This document shows positions 8,201 through 15,916 of a stretch of 37,577 nucleotides of DNA, piece by piece. The first letter of the stretch is position 1. Each line of letters starts with the position of its first letter. The DNA is from a virus. Taxonomy: Duplodnaviria; Heunggongvirae; Uroviricota; Caudoviricetes. Both the position numbers and the translations under genes were made by a program. Where the stretch lies: positions 1 to 37,577 of the IMG/VR virus record IMGVR_UViG_2935054407_000002. The stretch is one strand, 5' to 3'. The notes beneath the pieces were generated by a model that did not search any database, was not told where the DNA came from, and worked only from the letters and a program-made list of their open reading frames with translations.

Positions 8201-9150
8201 CGCCTGTCGAGGTGCTTGCGATCGTCGCAGTGGGTGGCGTGGCCACGGCCGCGGTGAAGCGATCCCGCCCCGATAGAGCGGGGCGTAAGAAGTCCGGCGC
8301 ACCGCGGTCGTGGCTGGTCACCATGTACAACAACACTGGCGCTCCCCCAGTGAAGAGCGGCGACGTGAAGGGCGCCACCGCTGAACTTGCCGGCCGGGCT
8401 GCCGCTTCGGTGATTCGAGGCAAGCCCGAGCGCGGAAGGGCCAGCGCGGAACTCGGCATCGCGGTAAGCCGCAGCCTGGACCGGCTCGCTGACCGTGCTG
8501 CTCCTCGCTGGGAGCAGCGGGTGGCGGCCCGCCCGCCCGAGACGATCGTCGATCGGTGGAAGCAGCGCCGAGCCTCCGCAGAACCGCGGAAGGGCTGGGC
8601 AATGCGGTTCCGTCGGCCGAATCTGTCGTCGTTCACTGACCGGCTCAAGCCCAAACCAGAACCTCCCCCGGCACCCCCGGCAGAGGATACGAGCCCTCGC
8701 CTCGAACCCGCCCCCGTCAACGTTCCACCCCAAGCCTCACCAGGAGTTCCGATGACCGCCACCGACCATGAGACCGCTGCACCGGCGGTTACCTCGTCGA
8801 TCGCCATTCCCGGGGACTGGGCTGCGCTGATCGGCCGCGTCGCGGAGTTTCAACCTGCTGACGATGTCGAGCTCATCGACTGGATGAAAGGCGAAACGGC
8901 CGGTGTCCTCGGCTATGCCGACGCAGCTGACACCGTCCGGGAGACCTGCGTCACCGTCGTCGGCCTTGACCCGACGTCCGTCACAGGGATTACCGCCTAC
9001 AGCGAGCACGCTGCGGAGGGTGCCGCCCGCATGAGCGAGGCGCTGAGGACCTTCCTGACGGTGTACGCCGAGGTTCAGGAGCTTGTCGCCTCCGGAGTGG
9101 TGCTCCCTTACAACGGCCGCTTCATGACCGGCGGCGGAGCCGACTCCTAA
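8197..9150 (+). CDS. Hypothetical transfer-region protein
   Basis: GTGA-coupled; N-terminal hydrophobic anchor; helical C-terminal domain ending LPYNGRFMTG. Confidence 0.75.
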   Translation: MTPVEVLAIVAVGGVATAAVKRSRPDRAGRKKSGAPRSWLVTMYNNTGAPPVKSGDVKGATAELAGRAAASVIRGKPERGRASAELGIAVSRSLDRLADRAAPRWEQRVAARPPETIVDRWKQRRASAEPRKGWAMRFRRPNLSSFTDRLKPKPEPPPAPPAEDTSPRLEPAPVNVPPQASPGVPMTATDHETAAPAVTSSIAIPGDWAALIGRVAEFQPADDVELIDWMKGETAGVLGYADAADTVRETCVTVVGLDPTSVTGITAYSEHAAEGAARMSEALRTFLTVYAEVQELVASGVVLPYNGRFMTGGGADS

Positions 9151-9187
9151 CCCCCGCTCAACCTCCCCGCGAAAGGACTGCTGCCCC

Positions 9188-11362
9188 ATGGTCACCGACA
9201 CCGACTACGAGACCGCTGACGCCCCGGCCGCACCGCGCGGGCGGCTGCTGGGCCGCGCGATCGGCTGGGTGCAGGCTGACCATCTCCGCCGCGGCCCTCA
9301 CCTACTCGCCCCCACCACCGCAGGTCTCGCCGCAGCCGCTCACGCCCTAGATCTACCCGCCGCCTACGGCATCCCCATCACCGTGCTGGCCAGCATCGGC
9401 ATGTACACCAGGGCAATGAACCGGCCTGGCGACCCGGGCGAACCCATCCGCAGCGCCGCCGCGACGGCCGCCGCCGGCAGCTGGGTGACCGCCGCCGTCG
9501 AGTGGGGCATCACCGCAGGCCCGCACGGACTCATGGGGTGGCTCGGCGCAGCCGCCTACGGTCTCGCCTACTGGGCCTACCGCAAAGACCCCGAGGTCCT
9601 TGACGCTCTCGCGTGGGAGAACGCCCGCGATGAGTGGTACCGCAAAGCACCCGGCTACGGCCTGTCCGGATCCCACCTGCTGAGCTGGGAAGAGACCCGC
9701 CTCGGCGAGCAGTACTTCCTCGACACCCGCGGCACTGGCAAACGCGCCTCCGCCCTGGCCACCCGAGACCTCGAAGAGCGCATCGCTGAGCAGGAGAACC
9801 TTCGCCCGAGCAGAGTGAAGGTTCGTGTAGGTGAGATCGCTGGCCGGTTGAGCGTCAGCATCCGCTACAAGAACCCCTGGGCCGACCCTCTGCCTCACCC
9901 ATTGCTCGACCCCGCTCCGGAAATCCCGCTCCCCAACATCGCGGACGCCCGCGAGCCCAGCATCATCGGCATGGACCCTGAGACCGCTCGCCCTTTGCGG
10001 GTCCCCTTGTGGGACGAGGACGGCGCCAAGCGAGTCCTGGTGGTGGCCATCACCCGCGGCGGCAAAACCGTCGTGGTCTCCAACCTGATGGAGCGCGCCA
10101 CCGCCGCCGACAACGTGTTCAGCATCGGCATCAACGTGTCCAAGGCTAAGGAGATGCGCCGCTGGGCCCCGGCTTTGGGGCTGTCTGCCTGTGGCCCCAA
10201 CGAGCGGGTCAAGGCGTTGCGGATCCTGGAGCTCGTTCACCTGATCATCGACTGGCGGGCGGCACAAGACGGCGATGATGCCACATTGACTCCTCGCCAA
10301 GGCCAACCGCTCATCCCGGTATTCGTCGACGAGGTTGATGAACTCCTGGCCCAGTCTGACAATCTCGGCATGGCCATCCGCCGCGAGTTTGGCTACCTCA
10401 TGTCCAAGGGTGGAAGCGAAGGCATCGCGGCCGTCGTCGCTGGTCAACGGGGAACGGTCGGGCACCTCGGCAACGGCAACATCAAGCGCATGTTCGACCA
10501 GGCGGTGCTTCTCAAAGCTTCCGGCGAGGGAGAGATCCGTCATGTGCTTGGCGACATCGGCTTGACGATGCCGAACATGATGACGTACGGCGAAGGCAAT
10601 CCTGGCGTGGCTCTGGCCACCGACCTCGCCGGTCACTGGTCCGCGGGACGGTCTTGGTTCCTGAAGGAGCTGCCTGACATTGACCGCCTCGTGAAGGACC
10701 GGGAGCCCTCTCCGTTGGAGCCTGGCCTGGTGGAGTTCCTCGGCGACAAGCTCACCGCGCTCACCGGCGCCTCCTTCTCGTACACCCTGCAGCGCCCCGT
10801 CTCTCCTCCCCCCTCCGCGGAGACCTCCATGCCTGTGCCTGTTGAGCACGCCCCATCCGATCGCGCTGCTGAGCAACGCGCCGCAGCCAGAGCCACCCTC
10901 AACGCCCTACCGACCATCACGGCCAACCCCTCCCTGTCCGCCGGCGAGATGCGGGCCGCGGCGATCGAGCGCCGCCGCCAAGCCGCCGAGCAAACGCAGA
11001 TGAGCCCAGAGGTCCGCAGGACGCTGCTGCGGCTTCTCGCACAGCCAGACGGGACAACGGTCCGCCAGGCCGAAGCCGCGTTGGAGACCGAACTCGGCCA
11101 AGAACGCGGGGTGTCGAAGAGCGGTGCCTGGCGGTGCTTGGACGCGCTCCGCTTCGAAGGCATCGCGGAGCTACGCGGGAAGGGCCGCGGCGCCCGCTGG
11201 CACCTCGCCCCTGCCCCCCAGGAGCCCCCGCATGAGGAGACCAGCGAGGGCGTCCCCGCGGTGCTCGTCGATGTCGAAGACGACCATGAGCGGGCGATCG
11301 AGCTCATCGAAGAGGAAGCCGTCGACGCCCTGGAGGAAGACCCCGATGACCACAAAGAGTGA
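9188..11362 (+). CDS. FtsK/SpoIIIE-family TraB-like DNA translocase
   Basis: N-terminal TM helices, Walker A AITRGGKT, Walker B VFVDEVDEL, VVAGQRG motif, C-terminal winged helix (VSKSGAWRCLDALRFEG...GKGRGARW). Confidence 0.82.
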   Translation: MVTDTDYETADAPAAPRGRLLGRAIGWVQADHLRRGPHLLAPTTAGLAAAAHALDLPAAYGIPITVLASIGMYTRAMNRPGDPGEPIRSAAATAAAGSWVTAAVEWGITAGPHGLMGWLGAAAYGLAYWAYRKDPEVLDALAWENARDEWYRKAPGYGLSGSHLLSWEETRLGEQYFLDTRGTGKRASALATRDLEERIAEQENLRPSRVKVRVGEIAGRLSVSIRYKNPWADPLPHPLLDPAPEIPLPNIADAREPSIIGMDPETARPLRVPLWDEDGAKRVLVVAITRGGKTVVVSNLMERATAADNVFSIGINVSKAKEMRRWAPALGLSACGPNERVKALRILELVHLIIDWRAAQDGDDATLTPRQGQPLIPVFVDEVDELLAQSDNLGMAIRREFGYLMSKGGSEGIAAVVAGQRGTVGHLGNGNIKRMFDQAVLLKASGEGEIRHVLGDIGLTMPNMMTYGEGNPGVALATDLAGHWSAGRSWFLKELPDIDRLVKDREPSPLEPGLVEFLGDKLTALTGASFSYTLQRPVSPPPSAETSMPVPVEHAPSDRAAEQRAAARATLNALPTITANPSLSAGEMRAAAIERRRQAAEQTQMSPEVRRTLLRLLAQPDGTTVRQAEAALETELGQERGVSKSGAWRCLDALRFEGIAELRGKGRGARWHLAPAPQEPPHEETSEGVPAVLVDVEDDHERAIELIEEEAVDALEEDPDDHKE

Positions 11363-11366
11363 CATT

Positions 11367-11454
11367 AATTGTCCCAGGCAACCCCTTCCGGGAATTGTCC
11401 CCAGCCCCTCCCCCGCCCCTCGTATAGGGGACTCTCCTGGGACAATAAACAATT
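11367..11454. repeat. Direct and inverted ATTGTCCC repeats downstream of the TraB-like gene (candidate clt/operator)
   Basis: aattgtcccagg 11367-11378, aattgtccccag 11393-11404, inverted cctgggacaat 11436-11446, partial acaatt 11449-11454. Confidence 0.5.
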
Positions 11455-11484
11455 CGATGCCCGACGTCGGTTCAGTCACCGATC

Positions 11485-12048
11485 GTGACAGCGACGGGGC
11501 CAGCCGTGGGTGACTGGACTGCCCGAGCCGAGGTCCTTGCCGACACCTCAGGGCTCGGCGTTGAAGCAGCTGCGATCGTCGGCCGCTGCCGAGCGACGGG
11601 CCTTGACTCGCAATCCTTCCGCCGGGTGATCTCCGCGACCTTGATCCTCGGAGCGCACCCCATGGCGGCCGGCGGGGATCCTTGGGGCAACGATCGTGAA
11701 CTCGTCTGCGCGATCCTCGATCTCCTCGATGACGTAGCTGCCCGTTGGGATGCCTACATCAAGCTCCGCACCGTCGCGGCGAATAGGCGAGCCGTAGCCC
11801 GAACCCGGGCTGTCAACGCTGACGCCGACGACGTCAAAGCGCGCTGGCGGCGAATCGCCGTGGACTGCACCACAGCCCTCGACATCCTCGGAGAACTCCG
11901 CCCGCGCCTCAGCGCCGCCGCGCTCCGCCTGAGCGCAGCACCCCATCAGCTCGGCGACACCTACGCCGCGGTGTACGCCCTCATCGCCCAGGGACGCACG
12001 ATGCCGCACAACGGCCGGTGGATCACCGGAGAGGAGATCACCTCATGA
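11485..12048 (+). CDS. Hypothetical helical protein
   Basis: 187-aa ORF ending MPHNGRWITG; ATGA-coupled to whiB. Confidence 0.72.
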   Translation: MTATGPAVGDWTARAEVLADTSGLGVEAAAIVGRCRATGLDSQSFRRVISATLILGAHPMAAGGDPWGNDRELVCAILDLLDDVAARWDAYIKLRTVAANRRAVARTRAVNADADDVKARWRRIAVDCTTALDILGELRPRLSAAALRLSAAPHQLGDTYAAVYALIAQGRTMPHNGRWITGEEITS

Positions 12049-12326
12049 CCCCGCGAATCTGGCCGCCCCGCCAGTACGACGACGAGCCCAACCTGAACTG
12101 GCAGGACTTCGCCCTATGCGCGGAGACCGACCCTGAGGCGTTCTTCCCCGAGACGGGAGGCTCGACCGAGGAGCCCAAGCGAGTGTGCCGCGCGTGCGAG
12201 GTCCGGACGCAGTGCTTGGAGTACGCGTTGGAGCATGGGGAGCGGTTCGGCATCTGGGGCGGGCTGTCGGAGCGGGAACGCCGGCGGCTCGCGGGGCAGG
12301 ACGAGAACTACGAGGTCGCGGCGTGA
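12045..12326 (+). CDS. whiB: WhiB-family Fe-S transcription factor (WhiB2/WhmD-like)
   Basis: WQDFALCAETDPEAFFPE, CRACEVRTQCLEYAL, GIWGGLSERERR; four conserved Cys. Confidence 0.95.
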   Translation: MTPRIWPPRQYDDEPNLNWQDFALCAETDPEAFFPETGGSTEEPKRVCRACEVRTQCLEYALEHGERFGIWGGLSERERRRLAGQDENYEVAA

Positions 12327-13324
12327 CGGTCCTTGTTGGTCACATCGTCGACTCCGCTCTCGCCTCGTCGGGTCAAGCCAAGGAGCCGCTGTGGAAGGAG
12401 CATCTCCGCGCCGAGATGGCGCTCCTTCAGCCGTCGATCCAAGAACTGGTGTGGGCGTGGCTGAGTAGGCAGCGGTCACCGCACACGGGCGCCGCGTATG
12501 GCCGAGACCTGAGAGAGTGGCTCGCCTTCTGTAACCAGTTCGACCTGGACCCGCTGACGGTCGACGTCGGCCATGGGGACGTGTACGCCCGTTCGCTCCA
12601 GGTGCGCGGGCTGTCTGCTCGGTCGGCGGCTCGAAAACTCGCCGCGGTGTCGTCCTGGTACACCTACCTCGTTCGCCGGCGGGCCATCAAGGCGAACGAG
12701 TTCGGCGGGGCGAATCGGCCGGAGACGAACCGTAAGGAGTCGAAGACGGTTGGGTTGACGGGGTCGGAGGCGGCGGCGATGGTGCGGGCCGCGATCCGGG
12801 ATCCGCATCGGCAGCGTTTGAGGACGGCGGCGATCATCGGGCTGATGATCTCGGTTGGTCCTCGGGTGGCTGAGGTCGTCGCGCTGGAGTTGGGCTCGCT
12901 TGGTTATGAGCGGGGCATGCGGACGGTTCGGATCGTCGGTAAGGGCGAGAAGATCCGGACGCGGCGTCTGCCGGCGGAAGCGGGTCAGCTTCTGGACGCG
13001 TATCTCGCCGAGCGGGGTGATGCTCCGGGTCCGCTGTTTTTGACGGCTGGCGGTAGGCCGATGCGTACCGGTGGCATTGTGGATCTTGTTTCCCGGATCG
13101 CGCGGCAAGCTGGGCTGTTCATGCCGGAAAGAGTCACTCCACACACTCTTCGCCATACTTTCGCCACGGTGGCCGAAGAGAGCGGTGCGTCCGTTCGTGA
13201 GATCCAAGATGCTCTTGGTCACGCTTCTGCCGCAACGACCGAGATTTATCTTCACGCGCCGAAGCGAATCGAAAATGACCCTTCAGTACGAGTTGCGAAG
13301 GTCCTGACGTGGACCGGGTCATAA
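12323..13324 (+). CDS. XerC/D-like tyrosine recombinase
   Basis: SPHTGAAYGRDL N-terminal domain; RVAEV, GKGEK, HTLRHTFAT, LGHAS, TTEIY catalytic motifs; GTGA-coupled start. Confidence 0.93.
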   Translation: MTVLVGHIVDSALASSGQAKEPLWKEHLRAEMALLQPSIQELVWAWLSRQRSPHTGAAYGRDLREWLAFCNQFDLDPLTVDVGHGDVYARSLQVRGLSARSAARKLAAVSSWYTYLVRRRAIKANEFGGANRPETNRKESKTVGLTGSEAAAMVRAAIRDPHRQRLRTAAIIGLMISVGPRVAEVVALELGSLGYERGMRTVRIVGKGEKIRTRRLPAEAGQLLDAYLAERGDAPGPLFLTAGGRPMRTGGIVDLVSRIARQAGLFMPERVTPHTLRHTFATVAEESGASVREIQDALGHASAATTEIYLHAPKRIENDPSVRVAKVLTWTGS

Positions 13325-13341
13325 CGAGGATTATGTAGGGG
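13314..13341. other. dif-like 28-bp tyrosine recombinase site
   Basis: ccgggtCATAA-cgagga-TTATGtagggg (11-6-11), matching the CATAA-N6-TTATG core of Xer/dif sites; overlaps the recombinase stop codon. Confidence 0.6.
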
Positions 13342-13545
13342 TCGTAACGATCTTGAAGCTGAACGCCTACCGAACCCCATTCAGCTCGCCTTGTCCTGCA
13401 AATTGCACGGCAATCCCCGTTAATTCAACTCACAGAGGCACCGCTACACCTAGAGCCCCAACAGAACAACGTTCGAAGCCGCAATCCAAGATTCACCTTT
13501 AGCCGTCCCATAGGACACCCCGCTCTCACACCGAAGGATCACTCA

Positions 13546-14010
13546 GTGCGCCTCCCCCTTGCCGCCACTGCCGCGCTACTCCTCACCCTCGCCGCGTGCA
13601 GCAGCCCCACCACTGACCTCGACGCCGCCGGCGTCATCAAGGCACTCACACAGCAAGGGCTCCCCGTCACCCTCAGCGTGACGTACACCGACAGCACCGA
13701 CCCCAACAAGCAGCTCGGCCGGCCGAACGGCTACACCTCCAAGGCGTCGTTCGTCGACCAGCGCATCGACGCCGCCAAGGTGCCGGGAGGCAAGAAAGGC
13801 GACGTGGGGCTCGGCGGCAGCGTCGAGGTCTTCGAAGAAGCCGACCAGGCGGAGCAGCGGGCCGCCTACATTCAGGGCATCGGCGAGAAGATGCCCATGC
13901 TTGGCGAGTACGACTACGTAGCAGGGTCGGTGCTGTTGCGGGTGTCGAAGGAGTTGACGCCATCGCAGGCCGGGGCGTTCGAAGCGGCTCTCGGCGAGGT
14001 CATGAAGTAG
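13546..14010 (+). CDS. Predicted lipoprotein
   Basis: Lipobox LAAC; DPNKQLGRPNGYTSK motif that I recall from prophage-associated lipoproteins. Confidence 0.8.
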   Translation: MRLPLAATAALLLTLAACSSPTTDLDAAGVIKALTQQGLPVTLSVTYTDSTDPNKQLGRPNGYTSKASFVDQRIDAAKVPGGKKGDVGLGGSVEVFEEADQAEQRAAYIQGIGEKMPMLGEYDYVAGSVLLRVSKELTPSQAGAFEAALGEVMK

Positions 14011-14022
14011 CGGAGTTGGTGG

Positions 14023-14051
14023 ACGCCCCTGCCCCTTCGGGGTGGGGGCGT
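14023..14051 (+). terminator. Terminator hairpin with cUUCGg loop
   Basis: acgcccctgcccc-ttcg-gggtgggggcgt followed by tgt. Confidence 0.65.
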
Positions 14052-14234
14052 TGTCATGTCCGAGACCGATTCGCGTTCAGGCAACCAGCCAACCCCCGCG
14101 AGCGTCTTACTGGGCGAGGTCCTGCCGGCGTGCGGCTGGCCGGACCGGCGTCTCCTCCCCAGGGTGGCCGCCTCAGCGGGGGCGGCCACCCCGAACCGGC
14201 TGCGGACGATCAGCCAGCCGGGTGAGCATGAGCC

Positions 14235-14369
14235 ATGGATCCTGAGCTGAGCGCCCTCACCGCCGCCTTGACTCGCCTCGACCGGGACGCGGCCCTCGCC
14301 CGGCTGGAAGTTGCGGCGGGTGGGAGCGAGGAGGATGCGGCGGCGATCGCGCGGGGCGGCCCGGAGTAG
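14235..14369 (+). CDS. Possible 44-aa hypothetical protein
   Basis: MDPELSALTAALTRLDRDAALARLEVAAGG...; short, weak RBS. Confidence 0.3.
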   Translation: MDPELSALTAALTRLDRDAALARLEVAAGGSEEDAAAIARGGPE

Positions 14370-14411
14370 CTCTGACGGCGAGATCAGGCTGGGACCCCAA
14401 CCAATCAAATA

Positions 14412-14455
14412 AACGGTATTGCTTATCCCCTCGATGCCCCCTAGATTAACGGTAT
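14412..14455 (+). promoter_or_regulatory. Housekeeping-sigma-like promoter flanked by direct repeats
   Basis: TTGCTT (14419-24)-N17-TAGATT (14442-47); AACGGTAT at 14412-19 and 14448-55. Confidence 0.6.
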
Positions 14456-14482
14456 CGGAAATTGCGGCATGAGGGAGTGGGC

Positions 14483-15208
14483 ATGAGCGACATCACCGTC
14501 ACCACGGAGGACGGCAAGACCAGCGTCTGCTCCCCCTACGACACCACCTTCGTCTCCAAGGCCAAGACCATCGGCGGCCGGTGGAACGGCCCGGCCAAGG
14601 CGTGGCAGTTCGACGCACGCGACGAGAACCGCGTCCGTGACCTGCTCCGCGAGGTCTACGGCACCGACGGCTCCCCGACCGACGACAGCGACCTCGTCAC
14701 CGTCCGAGTCCGCCTCGCCGACCACGAGGTCAGCTACCGCGACGGGGCCGACGCCAAGTTCGCGGGCCGCCGCATCGCAACCCGGCCCGGCCGTGACAGC
14801 GACGTCCGCCTCGCCGCGAACGTCGTCCTCATCGCGGGCAAGCTCCCCAGCACCGGCGGGTCGATGCGCTACCCGCAGATCAACGCCGGTGACGACGTCA
14901 TCGTGGAAGTCCGCGACATCCCCCGCGCCACGCTCAGCCTGGAGCGGGAGGGCAGCTACGAGATCGTCGGCGAGACGCGCGGCGAGGTCGACGTGGACGC
15001 GCTGCTGACCGAGCGGGAGCAGCTGCTGGCCCGCCTCGCGGAGATCGACGCGCTGCTGCCGGAGCCGGAAGGCACCGAAACCACCACCCAGGAAGCGGCC
15101 AAGGCGCTGGGAGTGTCCGTGCGAACCGTGCAGCGATGGGCCGCCACCGGCAAGGTCGAGGCCCGCAAGAACGACCAGGGCCGCTGGATCATCACCATCA
15201 CCATCTGA
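14483..15208 (+). CDS. Hypothetical protein with C-terminal HTH (excisionase/MerR-like)
   Basis: TTQEAAKALGVSVRTVQRWAATGKVEARK HTH; N-terminal SPY..FV..AK..GGRW...KAWQF domain; RBS gagggag. Confidence 0.85.
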   Translation: MSDITVTTEDGKTSVCSPYDTTFVSKAKTIGGRWNGPAKAWQFDARDENRVRDLLREVYGTDGSPTDDSDLVTVRVRLADHEVSYRDGADAKFAGRRIATRPGRDSDVRLAANVVLIAGKLPSTGGSMRYPQINAGDDVIVEVRDIPRATLSLEREGSYEIVGETRGEVDVDALLTEREQLLARLAEIDALLPEPEGTETTTQEAAKALGVSVRTVQRWAATGKVEARKNDQGRWIITITI

Positions 15209-15222
15209 AAGGACAGATCACC

Positions 15223-15702
15223 ATGGCGAGAGTCAACGTCTACAGCCGCGACCCCTACGAGGACAAGACGCTTCTGGGCTGGTTCGACCCCGCGACCTGC
15301 GTCGAGAACATCGACGAAGACACCCGCTGGAATGGCAACAATCACATCGGCATCATGAGCGGCGGACAGGTCGGCTACGAGCGCCTCTACCGCACCAAGG
15401 GCGGCCGATGGGTCCGCTACTACAACTTCACCAACGAGTTCAACGGACCCGAATACTACGAATTCCTCACCGACGAGGCGGCCCGCGACTGGCTGATCAA
15501 GAACGGCAACGACGAGATCGTTGAGAAGTACTGGGGTGAGCTGGAAGAGGAGCGCGGCCCTGGGCGCCCCGAGGTTGGGTCAGCCACCAACCTTCGTCTC
15601 GGTGATGAGCTGACCAAGCGGGTCGACGCGGAGCGGCAGGCTGGCGAGTCTCGTGCGGCGGCGGTCCGGCGTCTGCTGGAAAAGGCGCTCGACTCTGCCT
15701 GA
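15223..15702 (+). CDS. Hypothetical protein with C-terminal ribbon-helix-helix domain
   Basis: RBS aaagga; GRPEVG..TNLRLGDELTKRVDAE...SRAAAVRRLLEKAL RHH pattern; aromatic-rich N-terminal domain (ERLYRTKGGRWV). Confidence 0.85.
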   Translation: MARVNVYSRDPYEDKTLLGWFDPATCVENIDEDTRWNGNNHIGIMSGGQVGYERLYRTKGGRWVRYYNFTNEFNGPEYYEFLTDEAARDWLIKNGNDEIVEKYWGELEEERGPGRPEVGSATNLRLGDELTKRVDAERQAGESRAAAVRRLLEKALDSA

Positions 15703-15739
15703 ACCGCTTGCGGCGCCCCGCTGGGGCGGGCATGCTGAA

Positions 15740-15916
15740 CGCCTCCCCACTCCGGTGGGGTTGACCCTCCAAGGTCAGCTTTGGGTATTTGCTCCCCGCA
15801 CCTGCGGGGATGGCCCCGGTGAGGTCGGGTACTGCTGAGTTGGCCCCGCCTACGCGGGGATGCTCCATGGCCTTGTCTTGAACGTAAATCGGCCCCGCGC
15901 TCGCGGGGATACGGAA
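15740..15916 (+). CRISPR. Cas-less mini-array: four degenerate type I-E-like 29-bp repeats, three 20-21 nt spacers
   Basis: Repeats start at 15740, 15789, 15839 and 15888 (period 49/50/49); each is N5-CCCC(G/A)C-N4-G(C/T)GGGG-(A/T)T-N6; the best copies ttgctccccgcacctgcggggatggcccc and gttggccccgcctacgcggggatgctcca match the actinobacterial I-E repeat pattern. Confidence 0.8.

Larger units (their letters stand above)
5426..13341 (+). mobile_element. Actinomycete conjugative transfer/resolution module (plasmid- or AICE-like)
   Basis: Co-oriented operon: HTH, DUF2637, small membrane proteins, FtsK/TraB-like ATPase, WhiB, tyrosine recombinase with a dif-like site; no rep gene recognised in the window. 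Confidence 0.7.

Noticed and set aside
9353-10876. 507-aa minus-strand ORF
   Set aside because: Antisense shadow of the TraB-like gene, typical of high-GC codon bias; no motifs or RBS.
12323-13324. Tyrosine recombinase as the prophage integrase
   Set aside because: Short Xer-like architecture with no arm-binding domain, embedded in the transfer operon; no attL/attR pair visible. Cannot be fully excluded.
903-13379. CCGAAC recurring in hairpin loops (903, 3360, ~13370)
   Set aside because: A GC-rich 6-mer is expected about a dozen times per strand in 37 kb, and stems and loop sizes differ.
15714-15728. cgcccc-gct-ggggcg hairpin as a fifth CRISPR repeat
   Set aside because: Out of the 49-50 nt register, 3-nt loop and no handle similarity; more likely a weak terminator.
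15769-15887. Self-targeting of the mini-array spacers within this window
   Set aside because: A by-eye search on both strands found only 9-10 nt matches (e.g. ccaaggtca near 7760, cgacctcacc near 33754, cttgtcttg near 32522), as expected by chance in GC-rich DNA. A computed search is still needed.
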